The notes beneath the pieces are model-generated. The model did not search any database. It worked only from the letters and a program-made list of their open reading frames with translations, and was not told the origin of the DNA. Shown here one piece after another: positions 19,138-28,994 of a stretch of DNA of 56,877 nt (within the stretch, counting starts at the first letter, position 1; each line of letters opens with the position of its first letter). Both the position numbers and the translations under genes were made by a program. The stretch is from Phycisphaerae bacterium (GTDB lineage: Bacteria > Planctomycetota > Phycisphaerae > UBA1845): assembly GCA_040235375.1 (NCBI GenBank), contig JBECKQ010000318.1, positions 1-56,877 of the forward strand, in the 5' to 3' direction.

Positions 19138-20541
19138 ATGAACCTCCGGCAGAAAGTATTCCTTTGCATCGTCATCGTCGTCAACGTGGCGGTGTGGCTC
19201 ATTCCCAGCAACGTCGCCGAGCTGGTCATTCGCGACAAGATGGTGCTCTTCGGTCGTTACTCGCGAGAGCACTTCAGTTGGAACATCGCGATCGCCGTCA
19301 TTTCCGCGGTGGGGCTGTACATCGACCAGGCGCGGTCCCTCCAGCAGTACAAGCGCCGCTGGTTCGGTACGATCGCGACGACGGCGCTGCTCGTGCCGCT
19401 GCTGATCGTCCTGGACTTTTTCGCCCGGTACTTCGTTCCCCCGAACTACGTCCACGACGGCTTCGCCTATCGCCGTCTCCCGGACAGGCGCCTTACCTTC
19501 CGGTTCGACGATCTGCCCGCCGCCGCCCTGACACGATCGGACGCCCCGCGCGGCTATCCGACGTGCGACAGCACGTTCACCACCGATCAGGCAGGGTTCC
19601 GCAATCGGTCACGCCCGGCGCATAGCGAGATTGTGACAATCGGCGATTCCTTCACCGAGGGCAGCAACGTCTCCGACGAGCAGGTCTGGCCCGTGCTCCT
19701 CGAAAAGCGCTGCGGCATGTCGGTCTACAACCTCGGCGTGACGGGTTACAGTCCGCTTCACTATCGCGCCGCGCTGGCCGCCTATGGCTTGGCGCTCAAG
19801 CCGCGCGTCGTGATCTGCACGCTCTACGAGGGGAATGACTTTCGCATCGGCAGCAAGGAGGTCGCCGCAGCCGCGCGGCAGTCTTCGGGCGGTCTGGCCG
19901 CCTACGTCGAGGAGTCACCGATCCGGCGAACGCTCGACGGACTGATGGCGATGCTCGCGAGGGAAGTGAGAGTCGAGGCCGATCCGGCGCATGCGGAACT
20001 GCTCTCGTGGCTGCCGCTGCGGATTCCCGACGGCGCCCGTGGCAAGTACTACGCTTTCGGACCGAAGGCGCTGCTCGAGCACAGCGAGAGCCGGCAGGGG
20101 TTCGAGTCGGGCAAGTACTGGCGGCGATCGCGCGAGCCGATGGAGGAGATTGCCGCGCTGTGCAGGTCTTCATCCGCGCGGCTGATTTTCGTGTTTGCAC
20201 CGACCAAGGCCCACGTGATTCTGCCGCTCGTGCGCGACAGTCTCCCGGAAGAGAAGGTCCACGCGCTGGCGAGTCTGGCGACCGATCAGCTTCCGTCGGT
20301 GGAGCGATTCTGCGATCTGCTGTACGAGAACCTTGATGCCCGCGAGTCGGTGGTGGCTGATTGGTGCCGAGCGCAGAAAGTCGAGTTCGTCAGTCTTACG
20401 GGCTCCTTGAGGGCTGCCGTTGCCGCCGGCACGCAGGCCTACTATACCTACGACCACCATTGGACCCCCGAGGGCAACGCCATTGCGGCGCGAGCGCTGG
20501 CGGAGTATCTGCAAAGCACCGGCGCCGACCGATCGGAGTGA
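19138..20541 (+). CDS. membrane-anchored SGNH/AlgX-AlgJ-like acetyltransferase or esterase
   Basis: 3 N-terminal TMs, GDSFTEG, YNLGV.G, EGND and DHHWTPEGN (DxH) motifs. Confidence 0.85.
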   Translation: MNLRQKVFLCIVIVVNVAVWLIPSNVAELVIRDKMVLFGRYSREHFSWNIAIAVISAVGLYIDQARSLQQYKRRWFGTIATTALLVPLLIVLDFFARYFVPPNYVHDGFAYRRLPDRRLTFRFDDLPAAALTRSDAPRGYPTCDSTFTTDQAGFRNRSRPAHSEIVTIGDSFTEGSNVSDEQVWPVLLEKRCGMSVYNLGVTGYSPLHYRAALAAYGLALKPRVVICTLYEGNDFRIGSKEVAAAARQSSGGLAAYVEESPIRRTLDGLMAMLAREVRVEADPAHAELLSWLPLRIPDGARGKYYAFGPKALLEHSESRQGFESGKYWRRSREPMEEIAALCRSSSARLIFVFAPTKAHVILPLVRDSLPEEKVHALASLATDQLPSVERFCDLLYENLDARESVVADWCRAQKVEFVSLTGSLRAAVAAGTQAYYTYDHHWTPEGNAIAARALAEYLQSTGADRSE

Positions 20542-20547
20542 CATGAC

Positions 20548-21321
20548 GTGCAGGAATCGAGCTTGCTGATCGAAGAGCAGGAGGGGGCCGTCGCCGTATT
20601 AACGTTGAACAGGCCGGACCGGCGCAACGCCCTGTCGCTCGAGCTGATCGATCAGTTGCGTGCGTCCGTCGCGCGCTGCCTGGAGGACGACGCAGTGGGC
20701 GCGGTCGTGTTCACGGGCACTGGGCCGGCATTCTGTGCGGGCATGGACTTGAACATCATGACGGCCGCAGGGACGGAAGGCGGACAGATGCACGCCGCCG
20801 CTTCCGCGTTGCTCGATCTGTATCGACTTGTCTACGCGGCCCCCAAGCCGATGCTCGCGGCGGTGAACGGCTCCGCCGTCGCCGGCGGGGCGTGTCTGAT
20901 GACCGCCTGCGATATCGCCGTGGCCGCGAAGTCGGCGAAGATCGGCTATCCCGAGATCCAGCACGGTGTCGTCGCCACGATCATCATGCCGTTCCTGCTT
21001 GCCTGCGTCGGCGAGCGCCGGGCGAGGTATCTTCTTCTGACCGGGCGACTTCTCTCGGCGGCGGACGCCCTTGACTATGGTCTGGTGAGCGAATGTGTCG
21101 CGGACGACGCCTGCCTGCCGAGGACGCTTCAGTTGGGGGAGCGACTCGCCGGTTATCCGCGAGAAGCGTATGCGAAGACGAAAAACTTACTCGCCGAAAT
21201 GCAGGCCGTGGACCCGCTGGCCAGCCTGGAGGCGAGGCGGGAGTTGCACACCCGAATCATGCTGGGCGACGACTCGCCCGACACCATCGAAGGCTTCCTG
21301 AGCCGAAGGCGGCCTTCATAG
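20548..21321 (+). CDS. enoyl-CoA hydratase/isomerase family protein
   Basis: LTLNRPDRRNAL, FCAGMDL, VNGSAVAGG and GYPE motifs. Confidence 0.92.
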   Translation: MQESSLLIEEQEGAVAVLTLNRPDRRNALSLELIDQLRASVARCLEDDAVGAVVFTGTGPAFCAGMDLNIMTAAGTEGGQMHAAASALLDLYRLVYAAPKPMLAAVNGSAVAGGACLMTACDIAVAAKSAKIGYPEIQHGVVATIIMPFLLACVGERRARYLLLTGRLLSAADALDYGLVSECVADDACLPRTLQLGERLAGYPREAYAKTKNLLAEMQAVDPLASLEARRELHTRIMLGDDSPDTIEGFLSRRRPS

Positions 21322-23876
21322 ACGCCCGCGCCAGCGCTCGGCCTCATCCGGGCGATTCCACCGTTCGTACAGATCGACGATCCGCTCGACGACCTCGTGC
21401 AACCGCGCCTCAGGAACCGCCTTGTCGTCGTGCATGTGCTCGTAGGCATTGAGCAGAAGGGGCTCCCCCTCGGAAAACCGGCCTTGGGCGGCGATGGCGC
21501 TTCCCAGCGCGCTTTCCGCATTGGCAATGAGCCAGTGGCCTTCCGGCAGCGCTTGCCGGCATATCGAAATCGCCTCGCGCAGCAGCGGTTCAGCCTCCGC
21601 AGGCCGGTCGAGGTGGAGCAGCGTCAATCCCAGTGACACCAGCGTGTCGGCAATCGCCGGATGACCCGCCGGCAGCGTGTCGCGCCGGATTTTCAATGCC
21701 TCCCGAAACAGCGGCTCAGCCCCGGCATCGTCCCCCTGCGTTTTCATCAGGCGTGCCAGCCCGTTAAGGCATTGAGCCGTATTGGGATGCTCCTCCGGCA
21801 GGCGGCGGAAGATGGCCAGGGCTTCGCGGTAGAGAGAGGCGGCCTGGTCCAGCTTTCCCTGCGTGTGCAGGAACGCGGCGAGGTTGTAGGTCGCCAGGGC
21901 GACCTCCGCGTGATTCTCCCCCAGGACCTTGCGCCGCAACTCGAGGGCCTCACGCATGAGCGGCTCCGCCTCATCATCGCGACCAAGAGCGTGAAGGACG
22001 GCTGCGAGATTGCTGATGCTGGCCGCGACCAGGGGGTGCTCGGGCTCCAGCTTGTCCCGGCGGATGGCCAATGCCTCCCGCAGGAGCGGCTCGGCGTCCC
22101 CATACTTGCGTTGCGCGTGCACACAGGCAGCGATGTTGCTCAAGCTCGCGGCAATCGCGAGATCGTCGTTGCCGAGAAGCTTTCGCTGTATGGCGAGCGC
22201 CTGTCTGCCGAACATCTCGGCCTCGACGTAGTCTCCCTTCGCGTGCAGCAGGCCGGCCAGGTCGCTGAGGCTGGATGCGACTTTCGGATTCTGCTCGCCG
22301 TAGAGACCTCGGCGGATGCGGCGCGCTTCGCGAACGAGGGGCTCGGCCGCGGCAAGGTCACCGCTCGCATACAGCAGCGCGGCCAGGTCGGAAGCGCTGC
22401 GGGCCACCTCTTCATGATTTTTCGCCGAACTGGTCGCGCCGGAGTTGGAGGGCGCGCCGCAAATGCACCTCCGCCGGCTTGTAGAGCCCCAGAGCGCGAT
22501 AGGTGTTGCCGATCGTCGCCCGAAGCGTCGCCTCGACCCGCGGCTCGTCGGCGAAACTGCCCTCGATATCGTCCGCCGCCTTGTCCAGGACCTCGCGGAT
22601 CGTCACGTCGCGCCCGAGCGCCTGGGCCGGCTCCACGGAGGCGAGCAGGCCGCTGAGAAAATCGATGACCGCCACTGCCTCAGCGCGGTGCTTCTCCGCC
22701 TCCTGTTCGGCGCCGATCGCCCGGTCGCGCTCCACGACCGTCTCGGCCCGCGCCCGCTCCGCCCTCAGGTACAGGCCACCGCTGACCACCAGACCCGCGA
22801 CCAGCATGAGGAGCACGGCGCACGCCGTCGCGAGCAGCGTCGAGTGGCGTCGGGCGAACACTCGAAACTGGTAGGCGATGCTCGGGGGCCGGGCCATGAT
22901 GGCGTCGCCGGCGAGATATCGGCCGATGTCCTGCCCGAGCTCCAACGCCGACTGGTAGCGCCGATCGCGATCCTTTTCCAGCGCCTTGCGCACGATCGTC
23001 TCGACATCGCCACGGAGCGCGCTGCTGAACGTGCTCAGCGGCTTCGGCGATTCCTCGCGGATGACGCGCGTGCTCTCGAAAATCCGCCCGCGGCTGACGT
23101 CGTACGGGGGTTGGCCCGCGAGAACCTCGTACAGCACGACGCTCAGGGCGTACACGTCGCTGCGCGTGTCGATGTCGTGGGGATCGCCTTCGCACTGCTC
23201 CGGGCTCATGTATTGGAGTGTGCCCAGCAATTGCCCCACGTCGGTCTGGAGCGTCGTGACCGCCGTGTCCGAATCGGTTCCACGGGCGACGCCGAAGTCG
23301 ATGATCTTCGGATCGCCATGCGAATCGACGAGGATGTTCGCCGGTTTCAGGTCGCGGTGGATGATGCCGCGCTGGTGGCCGTGGTGCACCGCTTCGCATA
23401 CGCGCTCGAACAGCGCGAGCCGATCGCGCGGCGAGCCCTTTCTCCCGCGCGTAGTCCGTGAGGGGCTTGGCGCGCGGAATGTACTCCATGGCGAAGAACG
23501 GTACTGGAGCACCCGCGCCGGGTTCGGTATAGGTGCCGGCTTCGTACACCTGGGCAACGCACGGATGGTGAAGGCGTGCCAGAAGCTGCGACTCATATTC
23601 GAAACGGCGAAGCGCGGAGCGCGAGACGATACCTTGCCTCATCACTTTGATCGCGACGGCCCGACGCGGGCGATCCTGCACGCCCTCGTACACGGCGCCC
23701 ATGCCACCCGAGGCGATCAGCCTCTTGATGCGGTAGCGCCCGATCTGCCGCGGCATCTGTTCGGGTCCCGGGGCCGGCTCGGCCGGCGCTGGTGAGCTGT
23801 CCGAGCCCGCGCCGCCGGACTTCAACTCAGCGGTTTCCGCGTTCCATGGAGTTGGATTGTCGTGTCCGTCGGCCAT
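21316..23876 (-). pseudogene. Ser/Thr protein kinase - TM - TPR repeat protein split by two frameshifts (pseudogene or assembly error)
   Basis: GGMGAVY/AIK in one frame; HRDLKPAN, DFG and GTLQYMSPEQ in a second; TPR array in a third; breaks near 23433 and 22420. Confidence 0.85.
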
Positions 23877-24078
23877 GGCAGGTGATCCGCCTTCGGCTGT
23901 CTGACTGGCTGCGAGAACGGCGACGGGTCGAGCCCGCGATTCCGTTCGGCGGCGTTGAGGGCGATTTCCAAGGACGGCGCCTGAGCATACCTCATCGCCG
24001 CGATGCGACATAGGGGGGCGGCGGAATCGCTGTTTGACAGCGCCGCAGCGGCGGTTTCGGCCATCGTTTCCGGCAACT

Positions 24079-25662
24079 TCAGTGGCCGGTCGAGGTGGTG
24101 TCCGGCTTGTCATCCGCAACGTAACCGAGGCTGCGGAGGCGCTGGGCGGTATCCGATCTCTGCTCGCGGACAAAGTCGGACGGAAGGGGATGGGCGCCAG
24201 CCGTCCATGCCGTCAGCGTGGCGCGAAGCCGGTCGGCTTGGCGCTTGGCGTCGGCCGAGGGCGAGTCTATCAGGTTGTGACGTTCACCGGCGTCCGCGTG
24301 TATGTCGTAAAGCTCTTCGAGGCCGAGAAACGGCGCGAAGATGTACTTCCATCGCCCCTTGCGCACACACTTGGCCTTCGGCTCGTTCTGCCACGGCCGG
24401 CGCGGATCGACAGCGCGGTAGGGCTGCGTCGCTTCGCTGAAGACCGCCCGTGGCGCCAGCTCTTCGCCGCGGCAGGCGGGCACGAGACTTCTTCCTTCCA
24501 TCCTCTCCGGCGCGGCGATGCCCAAGAGATCCAGAATCGTCGGCGCGATGTCGATAGTGGACACAACGTTCTTCACGACAACGCCGGACGGACTGCCGCC
24601 CGGAAAGTGAATGATCAGTGGCACGCTCACCGTCGTGTCATAGACCCATAGCCCGTGATTCCAGAAGTCGCCGTGCTCCCACATCGTCTCTCCGTGGTCG
24701 GCCGTGATAACCACGAGGGCATCGTCGAGCAATCCACGCTGATTCAAGTGGTCCAGCAGGCGACCCAGATGATGATCCACGTACGATATCTCGCCCCGAT
24801 AAAGGGCATCGAGCGCCAGGTCGTTCCCGGCCGGCTCGCCGCTGACGGACAACATGAGCCGGCGCGTCGGACCGTTGATGATCGTCGGGACCTTGCCCAG
24901 CGCCCGTCCAATGGTGCGCTGCTGCTGGAGATCGACGGCGCGATCGATGCCGTCCTCCAGCGAATGGGGCACGGCGATCGCATCACGCGGATACATCGTG
25001 TCATAAGGTGGCGGCGGATCGTAGGGGGCGTGCGCATCGAAGTAATGGACGAACAAAAAGAACGGTCCGGCGGCCGCGCCGTCGATCCAGTCGATCGCGG
25101 CATCCGTGACTTTGTCGGCCCGCCGCTGATCCTGCCCGTCACCCATCTGTTCGACCAAGAGGCTGTATCGATCGTCATAGTGGTCGAAGCCCTGGTTGAA
25201 GCCGAAGCGGCTATCCAGGGCGAATGCTCCGATCACCGCGCTCGTCTTGAAACCTGCGTCGCGCAAAATCTCGGCGAGCATCACGTTCTTCTCGTTAACG
25301 CGGAAGCCGTTTCGTGGTACACCGTGCGAGTGGGGCGCGGTACCGGTCATGATCGACGTGTGCGACGCCAGCGTCGTCGGCGCCGCCGCAATGACATTGT
25401 CAAAACGCACGCCGGTCGCGGCAATTGCATCCAGCCGAGGCGTTTTGATGTTGGTGCATCCGTAACAGCCAAGGTGATCGGCACGAACAGTGTCGATTGT
25501 AATAAGGATGACGTGGTTGATGTTACTGCGCCGCACCGCTCGCGCGTGCGAAGCCGCCTTGCCCTCGTCCCTGGCGCATCCGCTCCACGCGGCCAGCGCC
25601 GCGCCGAGACAGGCCGTGAGAAACCGCCTGAGAATGCTCTTTCCTTTGAATGAATCGAACAT
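24079..25662 (-). CDS. sulfatase-like alkaline phosphatase superfamily protein, possible lipoprotein
   Basis: IDTVRADHLG, PTTLASHTSIMTG, HAPY, TADHGE and ELYD motifs; AAWSGC lipobox-like. Confidence 0.88.
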   Translation of the reverse strand: MFDSFKGKSILRRFLTACLGAALAAWSGCARDEGKAASHARAVRRSNINHVILITIDTVRADHLGCYGCTNIKTPRLDAIAATGVRFDNVIAAAPTTLASHTSIMTGTAPHSHGVPRNGFRVNEKNVMLAEILRDAGFKTSAVIGAFALDSRFGFNQGFDHYDDRYSLLVEQMGDGQDQRRADKVTDAAIDWIDGAAAGPFFLFVHYFDAHAPYDPPPPYDTMYPRDAIAVPHSLEDGIDRAVDLQQQRTIGRALGKVPTIINGPTRRLMLSVSGEPAGNDLALDALYRGEISYVDHHLGRLLDHLNQRGLLDDALVVITADHGETMWEHGDFWNHGLWVYDTTVSVPLIIHFPGGSPSGVVVKNVVSTIDIAPTILDLLGIAAPERMEGRSLVPACRGEELAPRAVFSEATQPYRAVDPRRPWQNEPKAKCVRKGRWKYIFAPFLGLEELYDIHADAGERHNLIDSPSADAKRQADRLRATLTAWTAGAHPLPSDFVREQRSDTAQRLRSLGYVADDKPDTTSTGH

Positions 25663-25806
25663 GCGGTTCAGCTCAGTGAAAATCTCGTTATAGCGGCGTG
25701 ACTCCCCAGTCTCGCGGAAGGAGCGTGGCATGGCGCGGAGAGGAAGAAGTCGGCGCAAGCAGTCACTGGCCGAGCATAACCGCAGAAGGCTCGTCGATCC
25801 AGAAGG

Positions 25807-26742
25807 TCAAACGTGGGCCGGGTGGGCCGGCTGGCTTACCTGGGCGTTCAGGAACGAGTTGAGGTCCGCTTCGTTCACCTCCGGCTCGCCCGGGCTGACG
25901 TTGTCCAGCTTGCCGTCGCGCATCCACTGCTCGAGCTCGTGAACCTGGTCAAACAGGTGCTCGAAGGAGTCGACAATGAACAGCAGCGGCTGGTAATGAT
26001 CGATCTCGAAATACTGGTTGATCACCCACTCGAGCTGGAATGGGTATCGCTGCACGTCCGGCGACTCGATGCAGTGCTCGAGCTCACCGGCCGAGCTCAG
26101 CAGGCCGCTTCCGTAAACGCACACCTTGCCGTTCGCCCGCATAAGCCCGAACTCGACGGTGAACCAGAAGAAGCGGGCCATCGCCTTGATGATGCTTTCG
26201 ACGACGTGAGTCCGCCGATCGGCGTCCTTGATGTCCGCCGCCAGCATGGCGGCCGTCCGGGCCGCCTCGCCGAATCGCACGAGCACGTCGGCGAACGTGC
26301 GATCGGTGTGCATGGGTACGTGCCCCGCGACGTCGTGAAAGATGTCCGGCTCGGGCAGGTAATCGAGCTTCCCGCCGTCGCGGATCGTGATGGTCGTCGG
26401 GAATGCCCGCTGGCGAAGGCAGTCGAAGAAAACGTACGCCGGCACGTAGCCGCTGACCGCCCGGGCGCTGAACCCGCTCAGCGGACGAAGGAACGTGTTG
26501 ATCTCCTCAAGGCGGGGAATCCGATCGGCCGGCAGGGCGAGCTTCTGCACGCCCTGGAGGAACTTGGGATTCGAGTATTTCTTCCACTTCGGAAGTATCC
26601 GCGCGTACAACCGTCGCCAGGTGTCCTGGTTTTCTTCGCTGTAGAGCTCGTACGGCTGGTGGATGTAGACTTCGCCATTCGCTCGCGCTTGCTCGATGAA
26701 CGGCGCCTTCGTTGTGGTCAGACCGCTCGCGCCGGCTGCCAT
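25807..26742 (-). CDS. phhA: phenylalanine 4-monooxygenase (pterin-dependent aromatic amino acid hydroxylase)
   Basis: YLPEPDIFHDVAGHVP, FWFTVEFGL, YGSGLLSS.GE and YQP motifs. Confidence 0.92.
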   Translation of the reverse strand: MAAGASGLTTTKAPFIEQARANGEVYIHQPYELYSEENQDTWRRLYARILPKWKKYSNPKFLQGVQKLALPADRIPRLEEINTFLRPLSGFSARAVSGYVPAYVFFDCLRQRAFPTTITIRDGGKLDYLPEPDIFHDVAGHVPMHTDRTFADVLVRFGEAARTAAMLAADIKDADRRTHVVESIIKAMARFFWFTVEFGLMRANGKVCVYGSGLLSSAGELEHCIESPDVQRYPFQLEWVINQYFEIDHYQPLLFIVDSFEHLFDQVHELEQWMRDGKLDNVSPGEPEVNEADLNSFLNAQVSQPAHPAHV

Positions 26743-26820
26743 CGCGGGACCTCCTTTCGGTTCGACTTGACACTCACCTGCCGGCGGCAGGTCGGCCCTC
26801 GGCCCATGTACCGGCCGTTC

Positions 26821-27441
26821 TCATTCTAGTACGGCGGGCGGCAGATCGAAACGATCCGTCGTTCGCGCGTACGTCGTCCCGCCCATACGCCCGATCGTCT
26901 GCAGCTTCGCCGGATCGCATGTGCCTTCGGGCGTGAGGCATTCGTCATCCACGTGGAACGCCACAACACGCCCCAGCACCATGCACCCCGCGCCGGGGTG
27001 ATCGCCGAACTCGATAATCCGATCCAGAACACACTCGAAACTTGCGGGCGACTCGGCCACCCTGGGCGGCTTCACCTTCGAACTGGCGACGGGCGTCAGG
27101 CCGACGATCTCGAACTCGTCAATCTCCGGCGGATACGGTGCACTGGTCTGGTGCATCCGTACTGCGATCTCCTTGTTCACGATGTTGATTACGAACTCGC
27201 CTGTCGCTTCGACGTTGACAAGCGTGTCCTTCCTGGCCGCGTCGCGCTTGCGGGCCGGGCAGAACATCATCATCAGCGGATTCACCGAGACGCAGTTGAA
27301 GAAACTGAACGGCGCGAGGTTCCGCGCGCCCTCTGCGGATACGGTGGAAACGAACGCGATCGGCCGCGGCGTCACCGTCGATATGATCAACTGGTACAGT
27401 TCTCGCGGCCGCATCCTGTTGTGGTCGACGTCGATATACAT
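26821..27441 (-). CDS. flavin reductase-like FMN-binding protein (DIM6/NTAB family)
   Basis: PRPIAFVST, NLAPFSFFN, KDTLVN, GEFVIN and IGRMGG motifs. Confidence 0.9.
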   Translation of the reverse strand: MYIDVDHNRMRPRELYQLIISTVTPRPIAFVSTVSAEGARNLAPFSFFNCVSVNPLMMMFCPARKRDAARKDTLVNVEATGEFVINIVNKEIAVRMHQTSAPYPPEIDEFEIVGLTPVASSKVKPPRVAESPASFECVLDRIIEFGDHPGAGCMVLGRVVAFHVDDECLTPEGTCDPAKLQTIGRMGGTTYARTTDRFDLPPAVLE

Positions 27442-27450
27442 CCGTGTGTT

Positions 27451-28626
27451 TCAGCCTTTCGCCCAGGTCAGGTGGTAGTCCTCGTCCTCGATGCCGGCAG
27501 CATACTTCGTCAGGATCAGCGGCTTGTATGTGTCGCACATGACCGCCAGCTCGTTCGTTCGTTTCGTGCCGATTGATTTCTCGTAGGTTCCCGGGTGCGG
27601 GCCGTGCGGCACGCCCTTCGGGTGCAGGCTGATCGACTCCGCCTCGATGCCCTTCCGGGACGTGAAGTTGCCCTCGACGTAGTACAGGATCTCGTCCATG
27701 TCCACGCTGGCATGGCCGTACGGGCACGGTATTGCCTTCTCGTGCGTGTCCACGACGCGCGGCACGAAGGAGCACACCACGAAGTTGTTGCCCGCGAACG
27801 TGATGTGAATCGTCGGCGGCAGATGGATGAGCCCGGTCTTCGGCTGGTAATCGCGAATGTTGAACGCCACCGGATAGACGAAGCCGTCCCAGCCTTTCAG
27901 CTCGTACGGCCAGTGCTCAAACGTGTGCACGCTGAGCTTGTTGTCCAGCTTGGTCATCTGCGGGTAGGGCGGGTCGCCGTGCAGCTTCCTGTCGAAGTGA
28001 ATCAGCTCGACCGGCACGCGGAAGTCGCGATGCGTGTACGGCGCGTACATCGTGATCTGACCCGAGTCGTTTCGGAATTCCCGGGGGATGCCGATGTGGT
28101 CGCTCCCCTCGAAGATCAGCATGGTTCCCTTGTGGCCTTCGAAGTGGATGCGGTAGGGCGTCCCTTTCGGGATCAGGACGTAGTCCTGCTCCTTGAACGG
28201 CAGCCGGCCGTACAGGCTTTCGACCCAGCCGTGGCCGGCGTTCATGAAGTACAGTTCGTCGCCGTCCGCGTTGGAGAAGAACCGACCGGCCGGCTCGGTC
28301 GGCTTGCAGACGCCGACCTGCACGTCGGCGTTCACCAGCAGCGTGCGTCGACCGGTCAGAAAGTCGCCGCCGGGCTTCATGTCCTGCGTTCGGATGTGCC
28401 GTCGGTGCAGCGGCTGGTCGCCGACGAGTTCGAACGGGCAGAAGCCCTCGATGCTGGTCGATTCGACCGCAGTTTCATCCGTCGGGGGTATGTGGAAGTA
28501 GAGAATCGAGTACGGCCCGTTGAAGCCCTGCCGCGTGATGCACTGCTCCATCAGAAGCTTGCCCTCATCGTAGAACGCGGTATGGGGCTTCGGGGGCACT
28601 TCGCCGAGTTGAAGTCGGTGGATCAT
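27451..28626 (-). CDS. hmgA: homogentisate 1,2-dioxygenase (short bacterial type)
   Basis: NADGDELY, HLPPTIH, CSFVPR, PYGH..VD.DEILYY, HGPHPG and ELAVMCDT motifs. Confidence 0.92.
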   Translation of the reverse strand: MIHRLQLGEVPPKPHTAFYDEGKLLMEQCITRQGFNGPYSILYFHIPPTDETAVESTSIEGFCPFELVGDQPLHRRHIRTQDMKPGGDFLTGRRTLLVNADVQVGVCKPTEPAGRFFSNADGDELYFMNAGHGWVESLYGRLPFKEQDYVLIPKGTPYRIHFEGHKGTMLIFEGSDHIGIPREFRNDSGQITMYAPYTHRDFRVPVELIHFDRKLHGDPPYPQMTKLDNKLSVHTFEHWPYELKGWDGFVYPVAFNIRDYQPKTGLIHLPPTIHITFAGNNFVVCSFVPRVVDTHEKAIPCPYGHASVDMDEILYYVEGNFTSRKGIEAESISLHPKGVPHGPHPGTYEKSIGTKRTNELAVMCDTYKPLILTKYAAGIEDEDYHLTWAKG

Positions 28627-28768
28627 CTCGGTGTTCCCTGTCGCTGGCGGATGGACGGAAACCGGCCCGGAGGCGGCGCAGCCCACCGCCTGCTATGGGA
28701 TGATAATGCCGAGTCCGACCCCTGACGAATTGGGAGTGGCCGCCCGCACGCGGCCCCGGGACGCGCGC

Positions 28769-28795
28769 AAAAAAAGAGCCCGCCGAAGCAGGCTC
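28769..28795 (-). terminator. intrinsic terminator immediately after the 5S rRNA
   Basis: GAGCCTGC-TTCG-GCGGGCTC followed by T7 on the minus strand. Confidence 0.85.
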
Positions 28796-28802
28796 AAAAA
28801 TA

Positions 28803-28910
28803 ATGCGGCAATCACCTAATCTCGCCTTTCGACTACCCTCGGCCGTGCGGGCTTAACTGCCGTGTTCGGGATGGGAACGGGTGTTTCCCCACACGTATGG
28901 TCACCGCAAG
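28803..28910 (-). rRNA. rrf: 5S ribosomal RNA (short form, not linked to 16S/23S)
   Basis: Minus strand reads ...GACCATA...GAAACACCCGTTCCCATCCCGAACACGGCAGTTAAG...; ends pair as TGCGGTGA/TTGCCGCA; about 108 nt. Confidence 0.95.
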
Positions 28911-28914
28911 GGAG

Positions 28915-28942
28915 ATAGTAGCGAGGTCGGGGCGGGTGTCAA
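28915..28942 (-). promoter_or_regulatory. sigma70 promoter for the 5S rRNA
   Basis: TTGACA-N16-TACTAT ending about 5 nt upstream of the 5S 5' end. Confidence 0.7.
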
Positions 28943-28994
28943 GAGCCTTCGCAGCGGGGGTGAGGATTGATATAACCCGTTCATTGTCAGCCTG

